Shown here in pieces: positions 36,413 to 46,927 of a stretch of 64,000 nucleotides of DNA (within the stretch, counting starts at the first letter, position 1; every line of letters starts with the position of its first letter). The notes under the pieces were generated by a model. That model saw only the letters and a program-made list of their open reading frames with translations. It was not told the origin of the DNA and made no database searches. A program made the translations under genes and the position numbers. This DNA comes from an uncultured bacterium (GTDB lineage Bacteria; Bacillota_I; Bacilli_A; RF39; UBA660): positions 77,226 to 141,225 of the forward strand of contig CAMVPB010000001.1 in the NCBI GenBank assembly GCA_947169285.1. Direction: 5' to 3'.

Positions 36413-37207
36413 TTATCCCAGCATAACATCAAGTATCATCATTATTAGAAATCCAAATATAGTAAATAGTGCCATTAAATCTTTTTTCTTATTAGTTTGA
36501 CTTTCTGGTATTATTTCTTCAACAACAACGTATATCATTGCTCCTGCTGCAAACGATAATAAAAATGGTAATAAAAATCTCATTTTTAATACAAGTAAAG
36601 CTCCTATAACACCCGCTATCGGTTCTACTAATCCAGATAAAGAACCATATAAGAATGATTTAAATCTAGAGTATCCTTCTCTTCTAAGAGGAAGGCTTAC
36701 TGCACTGCCTTCTGGAAAGTTTTGTATTCCAATTCCAAGTGCAAGAATACATGCAGAAAGAACAGTCGCTCCATCTAATCCATAAGCAATTGAGCCAAAT
36801 GCGATACCAACTGCCATTCCTTCTGGAATATTATGAAGTGTTATTGAAAATATTAACATTAAGCATCTTTTTATACTTGAATTATTTTCTCTTTTTTTAG
36901 ATATTTTATCAAATATTTTATCACCAATAAATAGTAGTAATCCTCCACTTACAAAACCAAGAGACACAATTAACCAAGAAATCATTTTTAAACTATTAGC
37001 CATTTCTATTGCAGGAGAAAGTAAAGACCAAAATGATGCTGCGATCATAACTCCACCAGAAAGTCCTAACATTGCATCCATAAAATTTTTATTTATTTTT
37101 TTAAAGAATATAACAATCATCGCTCCCATAGCTGTAACTCCAAATGTAAATAACGTTGCAAGCAGTGCTTGGAGAACATGATTTAAATTTAAAAACCAAT
37201 TTATCAT
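36413..37207 (-). CDS. zupT: ZIP-family zinc transporter
   Basis: HNIPEGMAVG motif, 8 TM, 264 aa. Confidence 0.8.
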   Translation of the reverse strand: MINWFLNLNHVLQALLATLFTFGVTAMGAMIVIFFKKINKNFMDAMLGLSGGVMIAASFWSLLSPAIEMANSLKMISWLIVSLGFVSGGLLLFIGDKIFDKISKKRENNSSIKRCLMLIFSITLHNIPEGMAVGIAFGSIAYGLDGATVLSACILALGIGIQNFPEGSAVSLPLRREGYSRFKSFLYGSLSGLVEPIAGVIGALLVLKMRFLLPFLLSFAAGAMIYVVVEEIIPESQTNKKKDLMALFTIFGFLIMMILDVMLG

Positions 37208-37287
37208 AATTAACCCTCATAGTAAGATATGAATATTTAACTTATAAGGTTAATTAAAAAACACAAAAAAAATAATATCTAATGATA

Positions 37288-37980
37288 TTATTTACAATAT
37301 TTATTATATGTTTCTTTAATACGATTCATTGTAGAATTTAGTGCCGCTTCACACCATTCTTTTGTATATGTAAGCTTGCTCCATTCTCCCAAGCAATTAC
37401 CATTAGAATAAGATTTATAAAGTCCATTTTTTTCACATTTATAATATGATTCATTGCCTCTTTGATATTCCCATGAGTAATCCCCATATTCATTAACGTT
37501 CAAATCTTTAAAAGCATTTATATTTACAACTTGTCTATTCACTTGAGTAGTTTTAATAGGCACTGATAAATTCTTTTCATATTCACTAGCTACAAATACA
37601 GCTTTTTCTATTTCTTCATTAGTTGTAAAATTTTCTATTTCATTAAAATTATAAGAAATATCATATATTGATTGATAATCTTTTTTAGATATTTTAAGTC
37701 CATTTTTATTAATATAATAACCATTATCATAAGTTATAATTCTATTACATATTGGTTCTGGATAAGTCTTAGCTACCGCAAATATAGTTCCAGAATAGCA
37801 CTTATAAACATTATAAAATATTGAAGAATATTTATAATATTGTTTGGTTTTATCTTCGCTTTTTAATGCTAAAATCGGCATTCTATCAGCATCTTTTGCA
37901 TAATAAAACTCAATAATAGATGTTGTGCCTATTAAAATAATTACCAAAAAAACAATTGATGTTATTACCCTTTTATTCAT
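37288..37980 (-). CDS. membrane-anchored hypothetical protein
   Basis: 230 aa ORF with N-terminal TM; no motif recognised. Confidence 0.4.
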   Translation of the reverse strand: MNKRVITSIVFLVIILIGTTSIIEFYYAKDADRMPILALKSEDKTKQYYKYSSIFYNVYKCYSGTIFAVAKTYPEPICNRIITYDNGYYINKNGLKISKKDYQSIYDISYNFNEIENFTTNEEIEKAVFVASEYEKNLSVPIKTTQVNRQVVNINAFKDLNVNEYGDYSWEYQRGNESYYKCEKNGLYKSYSNGNCLGEWSKLTYTKEWCEAALNSTMNRIKETYNKYCK

Positions 37981-38019
37981 ATATATAATATTAACATAAA
38001 AAAAAGACTTTTTAAAGTC

Positions 38020-38703
38020 TTAATCCCCAAAATCATTTTGATAACTTATTAAACTAACATTTATCATTCCAGGAACTTTTTTAAAAGCTTCTACTATTTT
38101 TCTTTTAGTATCTTCATCTTTAACTTTTATATCTATTTCATAAGTTAATTCCATAGTATCTTTAAATGTACTATTACTTTTCATTTTAGTTTTACCTAAA
38201 GATTTAACACCTTTTAACACGCTTTCATAAGCGGCATCTTCAAATTTTAATACCAATAAATATCTTGCATTTGCTTTAAATCCCATTAGATAACTTCCAA
38301 AGAAGAAAGCTCCTAATAATAATGATCCTATTATTCCAGGAATATATAAACCAGCTCCAGCCATAATACCTGCTGATATTCCCCAAAACATAAACGCTGT
38401 ATCAACAGGCTCTTTAACTGCTGTTCTAAATCTGACAATAGATAACGCACCAACCATACCTAAAGATAATGCCAAGTTTGAATTAATTGTTCTTATGATT
38501 AATGCAGTTACCATTGACAACATTATTATGCATAATGAAAATGATTTAGAATAAACAACACCAGTATATGTTTTTTTATAAATATAAATAATATATATTC
38601 CTATTAAGAATGCCACTAATAATGATAATGCCATATCTCCTATTGAAAGTGTTCCAGTAAACTCTGATAAAACACTCTTTTTAATTGTATCAACAAAACT
38701 CAT
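38020..38703 (-). CDS. DUF4956-like membrane protein
   Basis: 227 aa, 4-5 TMs then soluble C-terminus; position in CotH-VTC cluster. Confidence 0.45.
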   Translation of the reverse strand: MSFVDTIKKSVLSEFTGTLSIGDMALSLLVAFLIGIYIIYIYKKTYTGVVYSKSFSLCIIMLSMVTALIIRTINSNLALSLGMVGALSIVRFRTAVKEPVDTAFMFWGISAGIMAGAGLYIPGIIGSLLLGAFFFGSYLMGFKANARYLLVLKFEDAAYESVLKGVKSLGKTKMKSNSTFKDTMELTYEIDIKVKDEDTKRKIVEAFKKVPGMINVSLISYQNDFGD

Positions 38704-38713
38704 AAATTATCCC

Positions 38714-39394
38714 TCACTTTGTACTCCTGCATAATGCAAATTTAGATACTGCTTGCCTATATGCAGGAATTGTTTCTAATATTTTTTCTATATGTTCTGG
38801 TAAAAATTCATCATATTTCACTTCAAGCACAACTTCATTATTACCTATTACATCATATGTTTGAATAGTGTCATCTAAAATATCATAATTATATCTACCA
38901 GATTTTATCTTTTCATCAAGCGTAATTCTTATGTTAGAAAGCGGATATGTAAAAGGTGTCCTTTTATACTCAACTATAACAGATGGAATCAGATGTTTAG
39001 CTTTTATCTCCATTATAAATTGACTCAGTAAGTTATCTTCACTCACATCAATATCTTCTACATTACCATTTAATATTTTACTATATATTTCTTTACTAAT
39101 CAACATTTGATCTTTACTTGTTAAATTATTATGCTTATATTTTCGTTCCAATCTTATAAATCTATCATCATCATTATATGTTCTAATTCTATATTTCTTT
39201 CTATATAAAACACCATCCATTTTTTCATAATAAGCAGTATTTTCTAAATCATCAAAATATAAACTTTTAATTATATATTCTCCATTTTCATTCGCATTAG
39301 AATCAAAATCTAAAATTCCACTAAGTTTACTTTTAAGCTCCATTGCAATTGCTTTAGAAACTATATATTTAATCTCATTTCTATATTTTCTCAT
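38714..39394 (-). CDS. VTC-domain (polyphosphate polymerase-like/CYTH-like) protein
   Basis: N-terminal RNEIKYIV...SLYFDD pattern typical of VTC domain; 226 aa. Confidence 0.55.
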   Translation of the reverse strand: MRKYRNEIKYIVSKAIAMELKSKLSGILDFDSNANENGEYIIKSLYFDDLENTAYYEKMDGVLYRKKYRIRTYNDDDRFIRLERKYKHNNLTSKDQMLISKEIYSKILNGNVEDIDVSEDNLLSQFIMEIKAKHLIPSVIVEYKRTPFTYPLSNIRITLDEKIKSGRYNYDILDDTIQTYDVIGNNEVVLEVKYDEFLPEHIEKILETIPAYRQAVSKFALCRSTK

Positions 39395-42276
39395 TACCCA
39401 AATAACTCCTTATATTCAGCATTTGTTAATCTAAAATAAGATTTTGTTTGACTCTTCATATAAGCGTTTCTTTTTTGAAGATAACCCTTCAATCTTCCAA
39501 GTTCATAATTCCAATTAGACCTTGTTTTTCCCCATCTTGATAAATTTCTATTCATTTCAGGTTCTAATTCAGCAAGTATTTCATTATATCTTTCTATTGT
39601 TCTTTCCTCATTCCATACTTCTTTCAATTGATATGCAACCCTTTCAACAAACCTTTTCTTAAATTCAGTATTTTTCATTAAATTTCTAAGTATAGTTGTA
39701 GGTATTCCTCTTACACCCATACCAGAAGCTCTTGTTGAAAAATTAAAATAGTTTACATAATGGTTATAAAAAGCATAGTCTAAATCATAGAAAATATATC
39801 TCCATTTACCATCATTGACATCCGGATTAGTAAACATTTTGCAATTTATAATATCATTGTTTGTAACATAACTTTCAGCTACCCAATAATCTATTACACT
39901 ATCTATATCGATCATTTTACTTACTTCATCATAGTATTCTTTTTTAGCTAAATTATGCGAAGTTATATAACTTATTAACTTATTGTATTTTGTTCTAGTT
40001 CCATATATTATATCGCCATCTATTCTTATAATATCTGATTTAGAACCATCTACATTGTAATGAGATGAAATAAAATTTTCATCTACTTTTTCTCTTATAA
40101 AATATATTCCATAATATTTACCATTTAAATATAAAATAACTGATTTATATGCTTGAACATCAACATTTATTTTACCATCTACTAAACTTGTCCCAAGTAT
40201 ATCTCTAATAATAGCTCCACTTTCATCTTGAGAACCAGATCTAATAACTAATGAATCATAAACAGCATTATCTCTATTATCAAAGACTTGGTAATTAAGT
40301 TTACCTTTTCCATATTTCTTTTTAAAAGTTATTGCATAACTTTTCTTTTTCTGACTCCTAGCAGAACCTCCAAACAATTTAAATCCTGCTGGAATACTAA
40401 AAGATTTACCATCTTCAAATAGTTCAGCATAAGTTGGTTTTTCGTATCCGGTTTTCCATAAATGACTTAATATCGAACTATAATCACTATTATTTAAACT
40501 AATAGATAGAACTGGTAATGTATGATTTTCATTTATTATGTATGATTTAGTAATAACTTTACTACTCATTTTACCACTTTCAAAACATGCAGCTTTTACA
40601 ACCGCAGTATTCTTTAAATTTAATGGTTTATTATATATTGATGAATTACTTGAAGGAGTATTACCATTTAAAGTATATCTAAGTGTTCCAGGACATGATA
40701 TTTCAAGTTCAACACTCTCTACATTATTATAAACCCCTGCTTCTTTATTAAAAAGCGGGGTATATGATATTTGCATATTTCCTGCATTATTTGCCTTAAG
40801 CGGGGTTGGATTACTAAAATAATATAATCCAAAATTTGAACTTCTACCATAGCTATAACCCACTGGAATATTCGACATAAATAACGAATCCACTACTTTT
40901 TTATTTTTATACAGGAATAATCCTTCACTTTCAGAAAGCTTAAAATTAGAATGTTTATAACTATTGTTGGATAAATTGGTATCTCCAGAAGCCATTATTA
41001 CATAATATGAACCCGATTTTAATTCAACATCTGGTAAATTATACATTTTTGGTTTATTAGTTGTAGTTGTTAAATAATAATCTTTTAAATTTATAGTCTC
41101 TTTCGAATTATTATAAAGTTCTATCCAATCATAATAATTACCACCATTTTGAGCTAAATATTTGTAATTAGAATTCATAACTTCATTAATTATCAAACCA
41201 GAATTCTTAGTATAATATTTTTTTTGAAAATCACTTATGCCTGAATTAGAATTTAAATATCCAGGGCTTATCATATTGCTTTCATAAAATTTATTTTTTT
41301 CTTTTATATATGCAAGCCCATTTGTCACTTGATATTCAACCTTTTCAATCAATTTATTCTTATAAGATAAAATTACTATTCCATCTGTATTATCTAATTT
41401 AAAATTAGTATGATATTCACTCTCATATGAATTCTTATTTGAAGTGTATAAAACTATAACTTCATTTTTACCTAGTACAATATCTGGTAAAGCCCATTTA
41501 TACGGTATACTTTCACTATTGGATATTGTATATCCTTTTAAACTAACTGGGTCATTTGAAACATTAGTTAGTTCAATATATCCACTATAATTTCCAAATG
41601 AATCTTTAAAATATCCTTTATTATTTGGAAGAATCTCAGTTATTGAAAGAAATTTATCATCACTATACTCTTCTTTACTTATAAACTTTTCATAACCCTC
41701 TTTAGAATTTTCATAACCAGGAGTGGCCATATTAGTTACTACAAAATTTCCATCTTCCATTCTGGACATTACTTGATTTTTAGATACTGCAACCGTTTCA
41801 ATAGCGTCAATTACTTTTTTCTTTGAATTTCTAAGAGCCAACACTTCTCCACCGGATGCTTTTAATTTGAAATTAGCATATAACCCGCTTTCTCTAGTCC
41901 CACTTAAAAATATAATTAAATAACCTTTACTAGGAATAATTGTTCCGTCAGGAAATACCCACTTAATTTCATTGTTTTTATCAGATAAACTATACCCAGT
42001 TAAATCCTTATTTTTTGAACTTCCATTATAAAGCTCTATCCAATCATATGTATTACCATTTTCATCAGCATAAGTTCCACCATTAGAACTTTGTATTTCA
42101 TTTATAATAACTTTATTAGTAGACATATTAATATTTTCTGGTAAATCTTCAACCTCTTTCATCTCAGTACTTTTTTTAAACACAATTGAAAGAAGTATAG
42201 ATAAAATAACTATACTAAAAACGATAATAAAAAATTTAATATTTTTAATAAAATTTTTAATTGTTTCCTTTACCAT
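39394..42276 (-). CDS. CotH kinase-family protein with three lamin-tail (LTD) domains
   Basis: 960 aa; N-terminal TM; three INEI/VMN...DWIELYN LTD-like units; C-terminal CotH region. Confidence 0.65.
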   Translation of the reverse strand: MVKETIKNFIKNIKFFIIVFSIVILSILLSIVFKKSTEMKEVEDLPENINMSTNKVIINEIQSSNGGTYADENGNTYDWIELYNGSSKNKDLTGYSLSDKNNEIKWVFPDGTIIPSKGYLIIFLSGTRESGLYANFKLKASGGEVLALRNSKKKVIDAIETVAVSKNQVMSRMEDGNFVVTNMATPGYENSKEGYEKFISKEEYSDDKFLSITEILPNNKGYFKDSFGNYSGYIELTNVSNDPVSLKGYTISNSESIPYKWALPDIVLGKNEVIVLYTSNKNSYESEYHTNFKLDNTDGIVILSYKNKLIEKVEYQVTNGLAYIKEKNKFYESNMISPGYLNSNSGISDFQKKYYTKNSGLIINEVMNSNYKYLAQNGGNYYDWIELYNNSKETINLKDYYLTTTTNKPKMYNLPDVELKSGSYYVIMASGDTNLSNNSYKHSNFKLSESEGLFLYKNKKVVDSLFMSNIPVGYSYGRSSNFGLYYFSNPTPLKANNAGNMQISYTPLFNKEAGVYNNVESVELEISCPGTLRYTLNGNTPSSNSSIYNKPLNLKNTAVVKAACFESGKMSSKVITKSYIINENHTLPVLSISLNNSDYSSILSHLWKTGYEKPTYAELFEDGKSFSIPAGFKLFGGSARSQKKKSYAITFKKKYGKGKLNYQVFDNRDNAVYDSLVIRSGSQDESGAIIRDILGTSLVDGKINVDVQAYKSVILYLNGKYYGIYFIREKVDENFISSHYNVDGSKSDIIRIDGDIIYGTRTKYNKLISYITSHNLAKKEYYDEVSKMIDIDSVIDYWVAESYVTNNDIINCKMFTNPDVNDGKWRYIFYDLDYAFYNHYVNYFNFSTRASGMGVRGIPTTILRNLMKNTEFKKRFVERVAYQLKEVWNEERTIERYNEILAELEPEMNRNLSRWGKTRSNWNYELGRLKGYLQKRNAYMKSQTKSYFRLTNAEYKELFG

Positions 42277-42343
42277 TTAAGTACCTCGCTACACTAATTT
42301 AGTTTATCATAAATAATTAAAAAATGGAATATATAATTCCATT

Positions 42344-43426
42344 TTAATTAGATGATTCTATTTTAACTTTTATACTTTCAGTTTTACCATTTCTATATAT
42401 AGCAATATTTACTTCATCACCAACTTGGTGTTTATATAAATAATATCTGAATTCAGAAATATTTTTTATATCTTTATTATCTACTTTGACAATTACATCA
42501 CCAGATTTTAATCCTGCTTTAGATGCCGGAGAATTATTAACAACTTCAACAATAACCACCCCATCAGTTATACCACTATCCAATGTAATTCCACTTCTCA
42601 TAAGCCTAAATGTTTCACTTGCATTTAGCATAGATATACCAACATATCCCCTTATGATTTTACCATTTTCAATTAAACTATTAGCATAATCGATAGCATC
42701 ATCTATTTGTATTGCAAAGCCAAGACCTTCAACTGAAGATTCAACAATTTTTAAGGATGTCACTCCTATTACATTCCCAGAAACATCACACAAAGGGCCA
42801 CCACTGTTACCAGGATTTATAGATGCATCTGTTTGCATTACATTCATAAGTAATTCTTCATTACTAGAAGTTGTTTCTACAAGTCTATCTTTTCCGCTAA
42901 GTATTCCTCTTGTTACTGTGCTTTTAAATTGTTTCCCAAGAGGAGCACCTATTGCAAAAACTGTATCGCCAACATTTATTTTTTCAGCACTAGATAATTT
43001 AGCAACTTTTAAATTACTATTTTTATTAATTTTTAGAACTGCAATATCAGAGTAAGAATCAGTTCCAACTATTGTAGCTTCAACCTCTTCATCATTAGGA
43101 AGCGTTAAAACTATTTTTGTACCCCCTTCAACAACATGATTATTTGTCATTATATAAATTACATCTTTATCTTCTTTAAATGCAAAACCTGATCCAGTAG
43201 ATGAAATTTTACTATTTTTATATGTCTCAACAACTACTACTGAATTATAAATATTATTTATTCCTTCTGATATACCATTATCAACAACATTAACAGTCTT
43301 TTTTTCTTCTGTTACCATTTTAACGATAGTATTAGGAAAAAAATAAATAACACCATACATGATTAGACACCCAAATAATGTGCACAAAATTGAAATAATA
43401 ATATAACCTATTTTATTACTTTTCAA
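42344..43426 (-). CDS. htrA: HtrA/DegP-family serine protease with PDZ domain
   Basis: GNSGGPL active-site Ser motif, His/Asp context, C-terminal PDZ; N-terminal TM. Confidence 0.85.
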   Translation of the reverse strand: MKSNKIGYIIISILCTLFGCLIMYGVIYFFPNTIVKMVTEEKKTVNVVDNGISEGINNIYNSVVVVETYKNSKISSTGSGFAFKEDKDVIYIMTNNHVVEGGTKIVLTLPNDEEVEATIVGTDSYSDIAVLKINKNSNLKVAKLSSAEKINVGDTVFAIGAPLGKQFKSTVTRGILSGKDRLVETTSSNEELLMNVMQTDASINPGNSGGPLCDVSGNVIGVTSLKIVESSVEGLGFAIQIDDAIDYANSLIENGKIIRGYVGISMLNASETFRLMRSGITLDSGITDGVVIVEVVNNSPASKAGLKSGDVIVKVDNKDIKNISEFRYYLYKHQVGDEVNIAIYRNGKTESIKVKIESSN

Positions 43427-44354
43427 TATACATTACCTCCTTATAATTAGACGGAAATCCCATCTTATCTAAAACCGAATTAATTCCTACACTTTTAATT
43501 TTTCCTTCTAATGAATCAAATTCATATATAAGTTCGTTCATCATCATTTTAAAATCATCATTAGAAAGCATTCCTTTTAATATAAGAATCAATGCAAATA
43601 AATCATACTTTCCTTTAATGTATTCATCATAGTCATTTTTTTCTATATTTAATAAAGCATGATATTTAGTATCATTTATCTGTTTTTGAGTTACATGATC
43701 AAATAATATATCTTCGTGAGCACATAAATTTCTATAATTTGCAAGTATTGGTAAATAATCTTCAAGATCGCTTACTTTTAATTTATACATATTAGCAAGT
43801 GTTTCTTTATCTTCATTTCTTAATATTCCAAACATTTCACTAATTAATCCAAAACTTAAAACTTTAACACCAACCCACAAAGGTATATATCCATAATTAT
43901 TTATATAATGAGAAGTTGCTCTATTCTGTGGTGCATTTATCCTAATTTGTCTCTTTATTTTTCTAAGTAAATCATTAATTTGCCTTATTTTGCCATTACT
44001 ATTATCAAAATTATTTGGATTTAAATAATCTCTTTCCTTATAGCCATACGCTTTACTTAAAACATAACTAAGCATTGATTTATAGTTATTTTCAATAATT
44101 AATATATTTTTAAAGATTATATTCCTTATTTGTCTATCAAATTGAAATAAAGAATATAATTCTTCAAATGTAACACCTGGTATAAATTTTCTACTACCAT
44201 CTTTTCTCAAAAAAACAAATCTATATGCATTTAAAAAGAAATAATTTTCTCTAAGTAGTATATCCTTTGCTTTATCAACATCAGATATTTCTAATCCTTT
44301 TTCCTTTAATATATCAATTTGTTCATCAATTGTTCTAAATACTTTTGCTCCCAT
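43416..44354 (-). CDS. Abi_2-family abortive infection protein (AbiD/AbiF-like)
   Basis: 312 aa; N-terminal ...TIDEQIDILKEKGLEISDVDKAKDILLRENYFFLNAYRF... matches Abi_2 family N-terminus. Confidence 0.7.
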   Translation of the reverse strand: MGAKVFRTIDEQIDILKEKGLEISDVDKAKDILLRENYFFLNAYRFVFLRKDGSRKFIPGVTFEELYSLFQFDRQIRNIIFKNILIIENNYKSMLSYVLSKAYGYKERDYLNPNNFDNSNGKIRQINDLLRKIKRQIRINAPQNRATSHYINNYGYIPLWVGVKVLSFGLISEMFGILRNEDKETLANMYKLKVSDLEDYLPILANYRNLCAHEDILFDHVTQKQINDTKYHALLNIEKNDYDEYIKGKYDLFALILILKGMLSNDDFKMMMNELIYEFDSLEGKIKSVGINSVLDKMGFPSNYKEVMYIEK

Positions 44355-44447
44355 ATCACACTATCCTTACTTAAATATTATAACATCTTTTATTTAATTA
44401 TGAAATGTATTTATAATATAAATTAAAAAGATTAAAAGAATATTAAA

Positions 44448-46670
44448 TTAATTAATCTCTTCTTTTAATCTTTCAACTAAATAATTATTTCCTTCATCTG
44501 ATAAGTGAATTCTATCAACTAATAGATAATCTTTGTTATCAATTAATGATTCATCAATGTTAATAATTTTTACTTCTTTATATTTTAAATCATATCTACT
44601 ATTAATAAACAATACATAAATATTTCTATTTCCTATTAAATCAATTAATCTTTTATATTCACTTTCAGTTACTCTAAAACTACTATCAAAAACAAGTACA
44701 TAATTATTTATTAAACCATTTGATTCTAAATTTTCTTTAATTTTTAAATATAAGCTTTCATATGTATAATTATCTATTTCAAAATTAGAATCTACAAAAG
44801 TTTCATTTAATCCATCAAAAGAATTTAATAACAAGTCATTACCATAAAAGACAATCTTTGACTTTAATTTTTCATTACGCTCTTCAATCATCTTTTCTTT
44901 TTTGTTTTTAATATCATTTAAATAATTATTATATATTTCATTATAAATATATTTACTATATGCTTCTTTGCCAACATTATTTAAATGAATTTTATCTGCC
45001 AAAAAATATTCATTATGTCCTTTAGATTCATTTTCCCAATCAATTATATAAACATTATCTTTATTTTTAGAAAGTTCTTTTAATTCTGCGTTTATATGAG
45101 ACATTTTTTTATTTGTAGTAGTTATCCAAAACGTTTTTTTATTTCCAACTGTATTAAAAATTTTATTTCTACATGATGCTCCACATTGACCATTTGTCCC
45201 AAGACCAAATACAATAGGTTCACCTAGCATTCCTTTATTCTTTAATCTTTGTAATATTCCGTTAGCTTCCCAATCAGTTCTAGATGTTTTAGCATCAATA
45301 TATCCTTTAGGAAATGATGCATATAAGTTGTTAATAGCGCCTAACATCACAGAATCTCCTATACCTATTAAATGAAGATTATCAATATAATTCTTTAAAT
45401 TGTTTTCATCATTTTCCAAGTTTTCAAGAGTTAAATTCCAATTATTCTCTTCTTCTTTAGATTTCAAAGCATACTCTTCTTGTCTTTCTTTCATCAATTC
45501 TTGATTAGTATTTAATTGATTTTCAAGTTCTTTTAATTCATTAGTATAATCTTTAGTTATTAAATATTTACAAAATCCAAATATAGTTATTAATGAAAAT
45601 ATGCAAAGAAGAACTATCTTTAAAACTAAAAATCTTATTTTATTATTTTTATCTTTTCTAAAATCAAATATAAAACGAAGTATATAAGATATAAAAACAG
45701 TAATACTTATTATTAATAAAAACATATATTTGCCATTTAATTTAAATTCTTGAAATAAAAATATAACTGGATACTGAATCAAATAAACTTCATAACTAAT
45801 GCTAGAAATTGATTTAATAACTTTATCAAATACTGTTAATTTATCATTATTAATAGTACTATATTCAATCAGTCTACAAGCTATCAAAGAAGTTATCACC
45901 ATAGATATTGAAAATAATTTTGAATCAGAACTAATTATAAAAAACAATACAATTAATACAATTAAATACATATAAAATATTAAATACTTAAATTTAGAAT
46001 CAACAATTTTACTTGGTATTAGCTTTCTATAGTATGAATTAATATATCCTAAAGTTACCCCGAATATTATAGAAAATATTCTTGTAAATGTATTATAGTA
46101 GACACTCATTATATTTTGAGTAAAACTAGAATAAATGAAATAAAAAGCACATAATAAAGATAAAATTATTAAAAATATACAAGGCATAATTTTATTAACT
46201 TTTTCATTAACTTTTTTGATTCCAATAAATAATAAAGGAAATATTAATTCAAATTGTAGCAAAATTGATATATACCAAAAATGCATAAACGGTGAATCAA
46301 CATGCCTTGCAAAATAGTCAAGACTCGCACTCAATTGCCAAAAATTATTATATCCTAATATTGTTGATGTTGTCTCAGGTTTTAAATTAATCCAATTAAT
46401 TGATGGTATTAAACTAATAATAAATATACTTATAAAAGCAACAATAATGAAAGGTAAATATATATGTTTTAATCTATCTATATAATATTTTTTAATAGAA
46501 AAGTTTCCCTTATTAAAAGAAGAAACAAAAGATAAATATCCAGTTAAAACAAAAAATACACATACTGCCAGATATCCACCTTTAAGAATATTTAAATGAT
46601 ATAAAAATACAGCAATACATGATATAAATCTAATAAAATCTAATTGTTTATAATACTTTTTATTCTTCAT
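44448..46670 (-). CDS. acyltransferase family 3 (OatA-like) fused to SGNH hydrolase domain
   Basis: 740 aa; ~10 TM N-terminal domain beginning QLDFIRFISCIAVFLYH; soluble C-terminal domain. Confidence 0.7.
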   Translation of the reverse strand: MKNKKYYKQLDFIRFISCIAVFLYHLNILKGGYLAVCVFFVLTGYLSFVSSFNKGNFSIKKYYIDRLKHIYLPFIIVAFISIFIISLIPSINWINLKPETTSTILGYNNFWQLSASLDYFARHVDSPFMHFWYISILLQFELIFPLLFIGIKKVNEKVNKIMPCIFLIILSLLCAFYFIYSSFTQNIMSVYYNTFTRIFSIIFGVTLGYINSYYRKLIPSKIVDSKFKYLIFYMYLIVLIVLFFIISSDSKLFSISMVITSLIACRLIEYSTINNDKLTVFDKVIKSISSISYEVYLIQYPVIFLFQEFKLNGKYMFLLIISITVFISYILRFIFDFRKDKNNKIRFLVLKIVLLCIFSLITIFGFCKYLITKDYTNELKELENQLNTNQELMKERQEEYALKSKEEENNWNLTLENLENDENNLKNYIDNLHLIGIGDSVMLGAINNLYASFPKGYIDAKTSRTDWEANGILQRLKNKGMLGEPIVFGLGTNGQCGASCRNKIFNTVGNKKTFWITTTNKKMSHINAELKELSKNKDNVYIIDWENESKGHNEYFLADKIHLNNVGKEAYSKYIYNEIYNNYLNDIKNKKEKMIEERNEKLKSKIVFYGNDLLLNSFDGLNETFVDSNFEIDNYTYESLYLKIKENLESNGLINNYVLVFDSSFRVTESEYKRLIDLIGNRNIYVLFINSRYDLKYKEVKIINIDESLIDNKDYLLVDRIHLSDEGNNYLVERLKEEIN

Positions 46671-46860
46671 TTTACTACCTTACTACAGTATCAAGTATAA
46701 ATAAAAGTATTTAAAAAGTAAATAAAAGTATTGATTTTTATTTAATAATATTATAATATTTTTTAGGGTACAGATATGAAGATAAAAAAATCTAGAAAAT
46801 TATTTAATTTTAATAAGAAATTAAAAGCTTCTTCATTTTTTAATTTCATATTTATTTCAT

Positions 46861-46900
46861 TTTTAGAAACTAACTATCAACAGTTAGTTTCTTTTTTTAT
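46861..46900 (+). terminator. leader hairpin AAACTAACT-atcaac-AGTTAGTTT + T7 upstream of permease (attenuator candidate)
   Basis: Seen in sequence; preceded by a 44-codon uORF starting ~46767. Confidence 0.45.
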
Positions 46901-46927
46901 AAGTACCTAAGAAAGGAGTTAGAAAAA

